DNA of 64,000 bases from a virus, in IMG/VR virus record IMGVR_UViG_3300047510_002509; one strand, written 5' to 3'. Positions 18,919 through 28,119 of the stretch are shown one piece after another (the first letter of the stretch is position 1; every line of letters begins with the position of its first letter). The position numbers and the translations under genes were made by a program. The notes beneath the pieces were generated by a model. It ran no database searches and was not told the origin of the DNA. It saw only the letters and a program-made list of their open reading frames with translations.

Positions 18919-20718
18919 ATGCCAGTAGTAGTGGAACTTGATGAAACCAAGACCCACATTGTTATTAAAGCCGAATGGCGGTTTAAAGACCTATGCAAGT
19001 CCATTCCTGGCTCTAAGTGGTCAGCCGATGACCAATTATGGAGACTCCCCCTGAGCTGGTCTAGTTGCCTTGCTCTTCGCTCCACATTCCTCCACGACCT
19101 TCAAATAGGCCCAGCTCTAACTGAATGGGCAACGAACGAATTAAACACCCGTATAACGCCTTCTATGACCCTTAGAGAGGCTTTAGAGGCCGATGGGGAT
19201 GAAGACCTTTTCCCACATCAACGAGCGGGTGTGGAGTACCTTGCAACGTCAAAAAGAGCCCTACTAGCCGATGAACCAGGCCTCGGTAAAACTGCTCAGG
19301 CTATCCGTGCCCTCAAAAAGCTTCAAGACAGAGGTGAGGTAGTTTTTCCAGCGCTTATCGTCTGCCCTAACACCTTAAAAAAGAACTGGGCCAGAGAGTT
19401 TAAGAGATGGTGGCCTGAAGTAGAGACTCAGGTAATTAAGGGGTCAGCAGTTCAGCGTAAAAAACAGTTTGATAGTGACGCTGACGTCATAATTATCAAT
19501 TGGGAAGCTTTAAGAGGGCACTCAAGGCTTGCTCCATACGGTTCGGTAGCTTTGACTAGATGCTCCGACTGTGGGGGGCATGATGAATCTGTTAGCCAGA
19601 ACCGCTGCGAAGTCCATCAGCGTGAGCTAAATGCTATTAATTTTAAGTCCGTTGTTGCTGATGAGATTCACCGCTCAAAAGAGCCAAAGAGTAAACAAAC
19701 CAGAGCACTATGGGCCGCCACTGGCGACGCGAATATTAGATTTGCTTTGACTGGTACACCTATTGCAAAAGACGTTGTGGATTTGTGGTCAATTCTTCAC
19801 TGGCTGTCTCCAAAAGATTGGCCTAGCAAAACTCGATGGATTGAGCGTATGGTTGACACAATGTTGAATGCTTTTGGTGGAATGCTTGTAATTGGCGTTA
19901 AACCACATATGCAAGCGGAGTTCGACAAATCTGTTCAACCAGTAATGCGCAGAATGTTGAAGTCTGTAGTTCTTCCTTGGCTACCAGAAGTAATTAACGA
20001 ACGTCGCGACATTGAAATGTCTCCTAAGCAGAAAAAAGCTTACGAACAAATGCGAGACACAATGATTGCAGAATTAGAAAGTGGTGGAGCTATTGCGGCA
20101 CCAAGTATTCTCACTCAAACATTAAGGTTAGTTCAGTTTGCCAGTTCTTCGGCTGTTCTTGAGACCGACGAACAAACAGGAGAGGTTCGTGTTTATTTGA
20201 CAGAGCCATCTTGTAAGGTTGATGCATTGATGGATGACATTAATAATAATGACTTTGGAGATGACTCCGTTGCTGTTTGTGCAGTGTCAAGACAGCTTAT
20301 TGAACTTCTTAGTGATGCCATGACTAAAAAGAATATTCCGCATGGTCTTATTACTGGGGCACAAAATGAGGATGAGCGACAAAAATCAATTGATGATTTC
20401 CAATCTGGGAAAACAAAATGGATTCTTTTTACAGCGCAAGCGGGAGGTGTGGGTGTCACACTTACTGCTGCTCGTCGATTGATTATGCTTCAGCGCCCAT
20501 GGTCACTAGTTGACCACAAGCAAGCACTAGACCGTGTTCACCGTATTGGGTCAGAGATTCACGACTCAATCATTATTACTGACTATGTAACAGAAGGAAC
20601 CATCGAAGAACGAGTTATTGATGTGCTCGAAAAGAAGGCTCAAAACTTTGAAGACATAGTGCAAGATCAAACACAGCTACTCAAACTACTCAAGGACGAT
20701 AAGGCAGGTTTACTATGA
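18919..20718 (+). CDS. SNF2-family helicase
   Basis: LLADEPGLGKT, VADEIH, LTGTP, GGVGVTLTAA and QALDRVHRIG. Confidence 0.92.
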   Translation: MPVVVELDETKTHIVIKAEWRFKDLCKSIPGSKWSADDQLWRLPLSWSSCLALRSTFLHDLQIGPALTEWATNELNTRITPSMTLREALEADGDEDLFPHQRAGVEYLATSKRALLADEPGLGKTAQAIRALKKLQDRGEVVFPALIVCPNTLKKNWAREFKRWWPEVETQVIKGSAVQRKKQFDSDADVIIINWEALRGHSRLAPYGSVALTRCSDCGGHDESVSQNRCEVHQRELNAINFKSVVADEIHRSKEPKSKQTRALWAATGDANIRFALTGTPIAKDVVDLWSILHWLSPKDWPSKTRWIERMVDTMLNAFGGMLVIGVKPHMQAEFDKSVQPVMRRMLKSVVLPWLPEVINERRDIEMSPKQKKAYEQMRDTMIAELESGGAIAAPSILTQTLRLVQFASSSAVLETDEQTGEVRVYLTEPSCKVDALMDDINNNDFGDDSVAVCAVSRQLIELLSDAMTKKNIPHGLITGAQNEDERQKSIDDFQSGKTKWILFTAQAGGVGVTLTAARRLIMLQRPWSLVDHKQALDRVHRIGSEIHDSIIITDYVTEGTIEERVIDVLEKKAQNFEDIVQDQTQLLKLLKDDKAGLL

Positions 20719-21644
20719 GCGAAGTAGTCAGAATCTCCAACAGCGAGATTCAAACATTCAAAGATTGCCGTCGCAAGTGGTGGCTTACTTACTATCGAAG
20801 ACTGCAACCAAAATATAGAGATGCAACAGGAGCTCTTGCTTTAGGTACACGTATCCACGCCGCATTAGACGATTACTATGCTAATGGAACCCCGTTACTC
20901 CAGTCACACACAAATCTTCTAAATGCAGAGAAAGAACTACTTCTTTCAGAATTTAAAGATGTTTCGGAACTTGAAAAAGAAGGAGAGCTCGGGCACATAA
21001 TGCTTGAGGGATATCTTCAATGGGTTGAAGAAAACGGCATTGATGCTGAACTAGAAATGATTTCTACTGAAGAAGTAATTACTGCTCCACTATTTAACGG
21101 AGAGGTAGAGCTAACAGGAAAACTGGATATGCGTGTACGTCGTAAAGGCGATGGTGTGCGTATGTTTCGCGATTTTAAAACCGTTGGAGGCTCACTAAGT
21201 GAGTTTGCCAACTTAGCTCCAATGAATGAACAGATTTTGACTTACATGCTTTTGGAATCCACCAAAGCAGACGAGTCAGAACGCTCAGATGGCGGCATCT
21301 TCACAATGTTGAAGAAGGTTCGTCGTTCTGCAGCGGCACGTCCGCCGTTCTACGACCAAATCGAAGTACGGCATAACATCTTCACCCTTCGCTCCTTCTG
21401 GGACCGTCTGCACGGCACTATTGCGGACATGATGCGTGTCAGAAAGGCGTTGGATGAAGGTGAAAACCCAGCATTCCATGCGTACCCACGACCAAGTCGT
21501 GATTGCAAGTGGAAATGCCCATTCTTCACTGTTTGCACCCTTGTTGATGACGGCAGTGCCGCAGAGCAAGCAATCAGTGATAACTTCGTAGTAGCAGATC
21601 CATATGCTTACTATGGTCAAGAAGAAACTAAAGGAAACGAGTGA
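20715..21644 (+). CDS. PD-(D/E)XK exonuclease, Cas4/RecB-like with probable Fe-S cysteines
   Basis: ISNSEIQTFKDCRRKW, LGTRIH, GKLD...DFKT and C-terminal CKWKCPFFTVC. Confidence 0.85.
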   Translation: MSEVVRISNSEIQTFKDCRRKWWLTYYRRLQPKYRDATGALALGTRIHAALDDYYANGTPLLQSHTNLLNAEKELLLSEFKDVSELEKEGELGHIMLEGYLQWVEENGIDAELEMISTEEVITAPLFNGEVELTGKLDMRVRRKGDGVRMFRDFKTVGGSLSEFANLAPMNEQILTYMLLESTKADESERSDGGIFTMLKKVRRSAAARPPFYDQIEVRHNIFTLRSFWDRLHGTIADMMRVRKALDEGENPAFHAYPRPSRDCKWKCPFFTVCTLVDDGSAAEQAISDNFVVADPYAYYGQEETKGNE

Positions 21645-21647
21645 CGC

Positions 21648-22436
21648 ATGAGTGAGATACAACGGTCATTGACCGTAATGGTTTACGGAGAATCAAAGGT
21701 TGGTAAATCAACTTTTGCCGTAACCGCACCATACCCAAGACTCATGCTTGACGTTGAAGGCGGACACAGATTCTTACCTATCACCGTCAAGTACTGGGAC
21801 CCACTAAGAGAGGAACCGCCTCTTGCAGATGGAACTTGGGACACAGTTGTAGTGCCAGTGCGGGACTACGACACAGTTATCAAGACTTATCAGTGGTTGC
21901 AGTTAGGAAAGCACCACTTTAAGAGCTTGATTATCGACTCCATCTCGGAGTTGCAGGTCAAGTGTATGGATAGCATCGCTGGAAATGAGCAGATGAAAAT
22001 GCAGCAATGGGGCGAACTACTTCGTCACATGGGCGGCCTTCTACGCGACCTCCGCGACCTAACCATGCATCCAACCAACCCACTCGAGGCTGTTGTGTTA
22101 ACAGCAATGTCTCGCGTGACTCAGGATGGGAAACACCGTCCTTATCTACAGGGACAGCTCGCTATTCAAGCACCATATTTCTACGACATTCTTGGTGCTT
22201 TGACTATTGAGCAGTTCCCAAACCCAGACCCGTTGCAACCTCCTTACAAGGTGCGTCGTATGTACGTCGAGCGTACACACGAGTATGAAGCAGGAGAACG
22301 TGTTCAGGGGCGTTTAGGAGCAATCGTTGAGCAAGACAAACTCTCGATTGATGTAATGCTCGACACCATATTCGGACCTAAGCAAGCTGCGCAGGCCGAG
22401 AAAACCACCACTAGCAAGAAAGAAGCAACCGTATGA
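21648..22436 (+). CDS. AAA_24 / Sak4-like ATPase
   Basis: Walker A YGESKVGKST, LDVEGG and IIDSISE. Lies between the nuclease and SSB. Confidence 0.8.
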   Translation: MSEIQRSLTVMVYGESKVGKSTFAVTAPYPRLMLDVEGGHRFLPITVKYWDPLREEPPLADGTWDTVVVPVRDYDTVIKTYQWLQLGKHHFKSLIIDSISELQVKCMDSIAGNEQMKMQQWGELLRHMGGLLRDLRDLTMHPTNPLEAVVLTAMSRVTQDGKHRPYLQGQLAIQAPYFYDILGALTIEQFPNPDPLQPPYKVRRMYVERTHEYEAGERVQGRLGAIVEQDKLSIDVMLDTIFGPKQAAQAEKTTTSKKEATV

Positions 22437-22960
22437 GTACCCTTAATTGGTCAGACCTCATCAAGAATGCTGGAGAATCAGCATCTTATGAACCACTACC
22501 AGACGGCGACTATGACCTAGTTGTCGTTGAAGCCGTAGCAAAAGTCGCACAGTCTGGAAAGACTATGTTTAGCCTGAAGTCTCAGGTTGAATCTGGTGCT
22601 TTCGCTAAGCGTCTAGTTTGGGATAACCTAACCGTATCCCCAGACAACTCCACCGCTCTAGGAATCTTTTTCCGCAAGATGGGAGCTCTTGGTTTGACTC
22701 GAGAGTTCTTTGACCGTCAACCAGTGCCAACTAATGCACAGATTGAAGCAGCCCTTGCGGGTCGAAAGTTTCGTGCTCAGATTGGTCAAAAGACCTATCA
22801 GGGCCAAAAGCGTAATGAAATTAAAAACTACTACCCTGCAACAACTGCATCAGCAGCCCCAGCAGCGGCAGCAGTCCCACCAGTTGCTGCAGCACCTTCT
22901 CCAGCACCTGCCCCAGCCCCAGCACCTGCCCCTGCGGCAGCACCTGCGGCACCGTTCTAA
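22433..22960 (+). CDS. DUF669-like single-stranded DNA-binding protein
   Basis: YEPLPDGDY, RLVWDNL, YQGQKRNEIK and a Pro/Ala tail ending in PF. Confidence 0.75.
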   Translation: MSTLNWSDLIKNAGESASYEPLPDGDYDLVVVEAVAKVAQSGKTMFSLKSQVESGAFAKRLVWDNLTVSPDNSTALGIFFRKMGALGLTREFFDRQPVPTNAQIEAALAGRKFRAQIGQKTYQGQKRNEIKNYYPATTASAAPAAAAVPPVAAAPSPAPAPAPAPAPAAAPAAPF

Positions 22961-22970
22961 GGTGATAGAG

Positions 22971-23011
22971 GTAGGGAGCCACCCAACGATTATTGTTGGG
23001 TGGCTTTCTAC
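22971..23011 (+). terminator. Long stem-loop after SSB gene
   Basis: 17-bp stem GTAGGGAGCCACCCAAC / GTTGGGTGGCTTTCTAC with two G-U pairs on the + strand. Confidence 0.75.
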
Positions 23012-23034
23012 TAATTCTACGGATAAGAGGAATC

Positions 23035-24048
23035 ATGAAAGTTTTAGTTACTGGTTCAACGGCTCAGCAGGCGTCTCGAATTCATGTTGAAAGAACTCCA
23101 ACTTTTTCTAATCTTTTAGTTAGAAGTTTTCAAGATGCAGGTGTGGAAGCTAAGCTGGCTAGTCCTAGATTAGATTGGGATGAAAAGTTTTTATCTGGTT
23201 TTGATTTAGTAGTTGTGGGCATAGCACCCACTACCAGCATCTCAGCCAATAAAATCTATCCTGCATTAATAACTGCAGAAAAAGCTAGAAACATAGGCAA
23301 TCTTGCACTTCTTATTGACGCTCCAGAGAGTTTTAAAATTCCTCCCTCGTTTAGAGCTTGGCAAGATATGAATAAAACTTTAAAAAGTTTTTATGACAGA
23401 AGGAAAAATTATTCTGAAGTTGTCGAAGATGAGGACCTTCAAGCTCAGCTTAAAAGTTTTATTTCATATCTGTGTGAAGACCCATGGCCTACGACTTTCT
23501 TTCCAGCGTTCCCATGGTCTACAAAAGATTATATGATAAAAAATATCTCCAACCTTGATTCTAATTCTCTGGTTGGGGTAAGCGTTGATATGTACATACT
23601 TCTTCAGCCTCCAAAAGTTAAAAACTTTTATACCAATGATGAGTACTGGACTTGTGACTCTATGAACCCTTTTGGCAAAGAGCAGCAAAAACTTCTCACC
23701 AAGCAAGTATTACCAACAAAATCTAGTATTTGGGAGTCTGAAAACGAGACTCTTATAAGGATTAGAGAGTCTATAGGCACGCTTGTAGCCACGTATAGAG
23801 GGGGAGAGTCTTGGTGGTCTCCAGCTCTTGCTCAGTCTCTTTCTCAAGGGGTTCCTGTAGTTCACGATTGGCGTGCCTCTAGACACCTAGGCAGTGAGTG
23901 GACTCATCTGGCTAGCGCTGTAGAAACTATGTCTTTATATGAAAGAGAAGATCTTGCTTATAGCCAAAAACAATCATACCTAACCAGTCTTCCTAGCCAA
24001 GAGGAGACTGGAGAAACCCTACTTAAAACTATTAAACAACTGGTTTAA
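23035..24048 (+). CDS. Hypothetical protein, possibly GT-B glycosyltransferase-like
   Basis: ATG at 23035 after GAGG. MKVLVTG start, FDLVVVG and WWSPALAQSLSQGVPVV resemble Rossmann/GT-B elements. The function call is weak. Confidence 0.4.
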   Translation: MKVLVTGSTAQQASRIHVERTPTFSNLLVRSFQDAGVEAKLASPRLDWDEKFLSGFDLVVVGIAPTTSISANKIYPALITAEKARNIGNLALLIDAPESFKIPPSFRAWQDMNKTLKSFYDRRKNYSEVVEDEDLQAQLKSFISYLCEDPWPTTFFPAFPWSTKDYMIKNISNLDSNSLVGVSVDMYILLQPPKVKNFYTNDEYWTCDSMNPFGKEQQKLLTKQVLPTKSSIWESENETLIRIRESIGTLVATYRGGESWWSPALAQSLSQGVPVVHDWRASRHLGSEWTHLASAVETMSLYEREDLAYSQKQSYLTSLPSQEETGETLLKTIKQLV

Positions 24049-24103
24049 ATGCTTTACTAAAAGACTAAAAACTAATAAACTACAAACTAGAAGGGAGGGC
24101 CTC

Positions 24104-24526
24104 ATGGGAAACCTAGATATGAACTGGGTCAAGTCTCAGCTGCAGGCTGCTAAAGTCAGAAAACCAGTAGGTGACGCTACTATGAAACTGATTGAACTAA
24201 TTGATTCTCTAGATTTAACTCCAGAATTTCGAGACAAGTCGGTAGATATGTTTGCTGCACTTGCCAAAGGACACGTTGTAGTTAAAGAGAAAAAAGATGA
24301 ATCTTGGGTACCAGTTCAAGCAGGATTTATTAAAGTCGCTGACACTGTAAGAGTTCGAGCAGATGCATTTAACGGAGAGTTGGGAACTCTACACAACGGA
24401 AGACGTGGTGTAGTAGTTGGTGTTAGATATGGCGATGTCATTATCAAAAGCACCGACGATAAAAAACCAATTCTTGACGGAGCTCACTATCCACCATCAA
24501 AACTTGAAAAGCTGGTAGTTAAGTGA
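24104..24526 (+). CDS. Hypothetical protein (C-terminal SH3-like beta region)
   Basis: RBS AAGGGAGG. DTVRVR...HNGRRGVVVGVRYGDVII. Confidence 0.6.
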   Translation: MGNLDMNWVKSQLQAAKVRKPVGDATMKLIELIDSLDLTPEFRDKSVDMFAALAKGHVVVKEKKDESWVPVQAGFIKVADTVRVRADAFNGELGTLHNGRRGVVVGVRYGDVIIKSTDDKKPILDGAHYPPSKLEKLVVK

Positions 24527-24774
24527 AAAGTATTACCTTGAATTTAAATGTTCAAGGAGATAGCTACGAAGAGCTTCGAGAAAAAGCAGACATAGCAATT
24601 TCTAAATTTTTAGGGACTGATGATGAAGAGGACGATTTTTTTGATGAAGACTCTATTCCAGAATCCTTTAAAACATTTAACTACGAACTTGTAGTTACTC
24701 AAAATAATGACCTTTCCGCCGAGTATCAGTACTCAGCCCAAGTGATTGCAAAGGTAAAAGATGGTAGAGAATAA
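24523..24774 (+). CDS. Hypothetical acidic protein
   Basis: 83 aa ORF with GTGA overlap. Confidence 0.55.
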   Translation: MKSITLNLNVQGDSYEELREKADIAISKFLGTDDEEDDFFDEDSIPESFKTFNYELVVTQNNDLSAEYQYSAQVIAKVKDGRE

Positions 24775-25075
24775 TGAAGTAAACCCACCTCGCATTGAAG
24801 CTCTTCGAGAAGCTGCTCGGATTATTTCAACAGAACGAAATATGAATTATGGAGACCCTGAAGATAACTTTGACAGAACAAGAAAAATTTGGTCTGTAAT
24901 TCTTGGAATCGATATCTCTAACGAAGATGTAGCCATGATGATGGTGGGGTTAAAAATGGCTCGCTATGCTAACAAAGGCGACTTCCAACCTGATACTTGG
25001 ATTGACATCGCTGGTTATGCTGGCTGTGGATATGAAGTGGGGTTGAAAGAAGAGCAAGCCAAGAAAGGTAACTAG
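24761..25075 (+). CDS. DUF6378-family protein
   Basis: EAARII..R...YGDPEDNF, DVAMMMVGLKMAR and DTWIDIAGYA. Confidence 0.75.
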   Translation: MVENNEVNPPRIEALREAARIISTERNMNYGDPEDNFDRTRKIWSVILGIDISNEDVAMMMVGLKMARYANKGDFQPDTWIDIAGYAGCGYEVGLKEEQAKKGN

Positions 25076-25077
25076 CG

Positions 25078-25362
25078 ATGCAAGAAATTCGTCCTCCTTG
25101 GCAATATGAAGACCCCCTCTGCGCTCAAGTTGGGGGTAATTTATTTTTTGCAGAAGACCGAGATGAACCAGCAATAGCTGGAATGTCTGAAGTAAATTAT
25201 GAAGGCGCTAAAAAAGTTTGCAAACAGTGTGACCACCTTGTCGAGTGTGCTCTGTGGGGGCTAACTAATGAAGAGTTTGGATTATGGGGCGGATTAAGTC
25301 CTGCAGACAGAAAACATATAAAGAGCAAACGTAAGCCATTCCCCTACAAAAAGACAGCGTAG
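25078..25362 (+). CDS. whiB: WhiB-family transcription factor
   Basis: Four Cys (LCAQ, CKQC, VEC) and GLWGGL turn. Confidence 0.9.
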   Translation: MQEIRPPWQYEDPLCAQVGGNLFFAEDRDEPAIAGMSEVNYEGAKKVCKQCDHLVECALWGLTNEEFGLWGGLSPADRKHIKSKRKPFPYKKTA

Positions 25363-25372
25363 AATGTTATAT

Positions 25373-25678
25373 ATGAGTGCTAAACCAGTTGTGTCTCCTC
25401 AACCTGTCTGTGAACAGTGTTGGCTAAAAGAGCACGCTCGGTGGGAGCCTCACAGTATGGATGACAACGGGAATATTAAAATGCAACTTGCTGGGATAGA
25501 TGTCCCCCAGAAGATAAACACTGGTTCTGTGGAAAGTTGCTATGTTTGCGGAAAGATAACTGTAGCTGGAATATTTGACATTCAAGAACAAAAAATAATT
25601 TTTACCACAGAGGATGGGACTTCTGGGTCAGAAGATGATGAAGTAAGTGACTATTATGGGGAAGAAACCAACGAATGA
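25373..25678 (+). CDS. Hypothetical Zn-binding protein
   Basis: CEQC and CYVC pairs. Start at 25373 chosen for its spacing from TAGAAT. Confidence 0.6.
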   Translation: MSAKPVVSPQPVCEQCWLKEHARWEPHSMDDNGNIKMQLAGIDVPQKINTGSVESCYVCGKITVAGIFDIQEQKIIFTTEDGTSGSEDDEVSDYYGEETNE

Positions 25679-26013
25679 AAGACAAACGCGTTGGAGAGTC
25701 TCTTTGGATCCATTGGGATGGCGAAGGCTACATACAGCAAACAGCTTATAGTGATTTAATTTATTATACAGTTGGTCATGTTGACATCGACAATGAGATT
25801 GTTAGACGTGCTTTAGCATCAACACTACAAAGAGATGGTGTAGCAGACTCTCTGTCTGACGGGTTTAATATGATAACCGAGGCTCATCTGGAAGCTGGCT
25901 GGGCAGGTATTATAGAAGGTGAAACTAATTATACTTTTTGCGACGAAGTTGGTGAAACAGAGTACGGGGAGTATGTTCAAGAAGTTTTAGAATTTACTTG
26001 GATAGAATTTTAA
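25675..26013 (+). CDS. Hypothetical protein
   Basis: 112 aa acidic ORF with ATGA overlap. Confidence 0.6.
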   Translation: MKDKRVGESLWIHWDGEGYIQQTAYSDLIYYTVGHVDIDNEIVRRALASTLQRDGVADSLSDGFNMITEAHLEAGWAGIIEGETNYTFCDEVGETEYGEYVQEVLEFTWIEF

Positions 26014-26075
26014 TTATTTAGTTTTATAGTGTGTTAGTTCTTGGTTTATAGCCAAATAGTTGTATAGTTTATAGT

Positions 26076-26621
26076 GTGTGGAAACCAGCTAACAATTTAG
26101 AGTGGCAATCAGAAGCCCTATGCGCAGACCCAGATAACAAGCACTATAGAGATTGGTTTTTTTCAAAAGACCCAAAAGAAAAATATAACGCAAAAAATCT
26201 TTGTTTTGAGTGCCCAGTCAGATCTCAATGCCTTCAATGGGCACTTGAGCATCGTCAAATTTGGGGAACTTGGGGAGGAAAGGACGAGGGAGAAATTCGT
26301 CGTGCTCTGTCTGTTTCATATAAAGGTGAAGAAATAAAAAGAAGGAGATACCCGCACTGTCCTTTTTGCTCAGCTAGACCTTCAAAACTTGAAACAAGCT
26401 CTCAAGAAATTCCTGGTGGTGGTCGGTGGACTGTCGCCAAGATAGTTACATGTACGATGTGTGGCTTTTCTTGGCGCAGTCGGACCAGCGTAAATGCTAT
26501 TGAAGCATATAAAACTGACAGAATCGAAAAATCTGAAAAACGTGCAAAAATTAGAGAGAAAAAAGCAAGACAGCTTGAAAGAAAAAAACAAGCAAAACTT
26601 TTAAAGAAAACCTCTAAATAA
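26076..26621 (+). CDS. whiB: WhiB-family protein fused to Zn ribbon and basic tail
   Basis: WQSEALC, CFECPVRSQC and GTWGG, then CPFC...CTMC and a Lys/Arg-rich end. Confidence 0.88.
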   Translation: MWKPANNLEWQSEALCADPDNKHYRDWFFSKDPKEKYNAKNLCFECPVRSQCLQWALEHRQIWGTWGGKDEGEIRRALSVSYKGEEIKRRRYPHCPFCSARPSKLETSSQEIPGGGRWTVAKIVTCTMCGFSWRSRTSVNAIEAYKTDRIEKSEKRAKIREKKARQLERKKQAKLLKKTSK

Positions 26622-28119
26622 TAATATCTTTTGGATAGAGTTCAAATGGTGGTCTATCGGCTAAAAGTTTTCTCATATCATTTCTAAATGCTTGATAGTG
26701 CCCTTGAGCGTACTCGAACTGCTTAAACTGGATAAGTTCATTCATAGCTTGTTCTCTTGTTACATACCCCAATCCAGCTAGAGTCCACTTCCAAAGAGCA
26801 TCTACTCCCCAAAAATCCATAAAATGCATTACAGATGGAATTCTGCTTTTAGATCGCTCTATATAATTTTCTACAGCGGGGGATGTGATTTTTTCATATT
26901 TAATGGTCTTCCAAAACTCTGAATCTTCTCTACCACCTTGATAATGAAAAACTGTAAAGTCTTTGTAGTACTCATACATTTTTGAAGTTTTTGCGTTGTA
27001 TTTTTCAATAGAGTGTGGATTCAAAGTTTTATCTTTAGTGTAGGAAAGATATTCTTGACAAAAAGTAAAAATCTGCATAATAGTGGCATGAATACTTGTT
27101 GCTTCCAAAGGCTCGATAAATGAGCTGGCAAGACCAACAACAAGAACATTACCTTTCCAAAATTGATCAACGCGACCAGACTCATATTTGATATGTTTAA
27201 TTGGTTCAATAGGATGGCCCATTACTTTTTCCGCTTCGGCTTGAGCCTCATCGTCAGAAAGAAATTGACTGCTATATACATAACCACAACCGCGTCGACC
27301 ACCTGTTGGGGTTCTCCACATCCACCCAGAAGAGAGTGCCTCAGCAACTGTAACTGGTTGAACCTTTTCTTCTTCTTTGTAGGGAACAATAAATGGCATT
27401 GCTCTATCTACGAGAAGTTGGTCTTTATAATCAATCCAACCAATATTAAGTTTATTTGCTAAAACTCTTGAAAATCCAGTGGCATCGATAAAGAAATCGC
27501 CTTCAACAATTTCCCCTGTATCTAAAGTTAGACTTTGAACAATGCCAGTGCTATCAACCACCACGTCATTTATCACTGCATCAATATGTTTGGTGTTAGT
27601 TGTTTTTGTTATATATTCTCTAAGATATTTAGCAACTTTATGTGCATCAAACTGAAAGCCGTATCCTGCACTAACTGGCATCTTATTTAAATCATAAGCT
27701 TGACCTAAAGTTGAGGACAGATAAGCTTTTTCGGGGCCAAATTCTGAGACTACATAATTAAAAAGATAGTCTGGAGAACGTTTAGATGTCTCAGAACCAT
27801 TAATTGGTGCCCAGTAGTGACCTTTCTCTTTTGCCCAGTTAATATGTTTAAGAGCGTATTTTGGTACACCATCTACTTTTGAAACAAAGTCTGAAAAATC
27901 AAAAGGCACTCTATTTGGATTTAAATAATCAATATTGTTAAAAAGAGTTGCTCCATCTAACAAATCGTACATAAAACCACTGGTAGCTTCTCCCGCTCCA
28001 ATAATTCCTATTTTCTGAGACTCTATGACAACAACCTCGTGAGAGTTTGGATTAGAAGCATGAATAGTGTAAGCAGACAACCAGCCTGCAGTTCCACCTC
28101 CGCAAACTACAAATTTCAT
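26614..28119 (-). CDS. Flavin-dependent (tryptophan-halogenase family) halogenase
   Basis: GGGTAGW FAD motif, IGAGEAT, conserved Lys in VPKYALKHINW, FIDATGF, GWMWRTP and FIEPLEATSI. Confidence 0.88.
   Translation of the reverse strand: MKFVVCGGGTAGWLSAYTIHASNPNSHEVVVIESQKIGIIGAGEATSGFMYDLLDGATLFNNIDYLNPNRVPFDFSDFVSKVDGVPKYALKHINWAKEKGHYWAPINGSETSKRSPDYLFNYVVSEFGPEKAYLSSTLGQAYDLNKMPVSAGYGFQFDAHKVAKYLREYITKTTNTKHIDAVINDVVVDSTGIVQSLTLDTGEIVEGDFFIDATGFSRVLANKLNIGWIDYKDQLLVDRAMPFIVPYKEEEKVQPVTVAEALSSGWMWRTPTGGRRGCGYVYSSQFLSDDEAQAEAEKVMGHPIEPIKHIKYESGRVDQFWKGNVLVVGLASSFIEPLEATSIHATIMQIFTFCQEYLSYTKDKTLNPHSIEKYNAKTSKMYEYYKDFTVFHYQGGREDSEFWKTIKYEKITSPAVENYIERSKSRIPSVMHFMDFWGVDALWKWTLAGLGYVTREQAMNELIQFKQFEYAQGHYQAFRNDMRKLLADRPPFELYPKDIII

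Noticed and set aside
20715-21644. Cas4-like gene as evidence of CRISPR-Cas
   Set aside because: No other cas genes or array are present, and the context is a phage recombination module.
22993-23034. Tracked TTG start of the 351-aa ORF
   Set aside because: It lies inside the hairpin. ATG 23035 has an RBS.
16546-25075. Z-genome or 7-deazaguanine modification pathway
   Set aside because: No purZ, queC/D/E, folE or dpdA-like ORF was recognised in this window.
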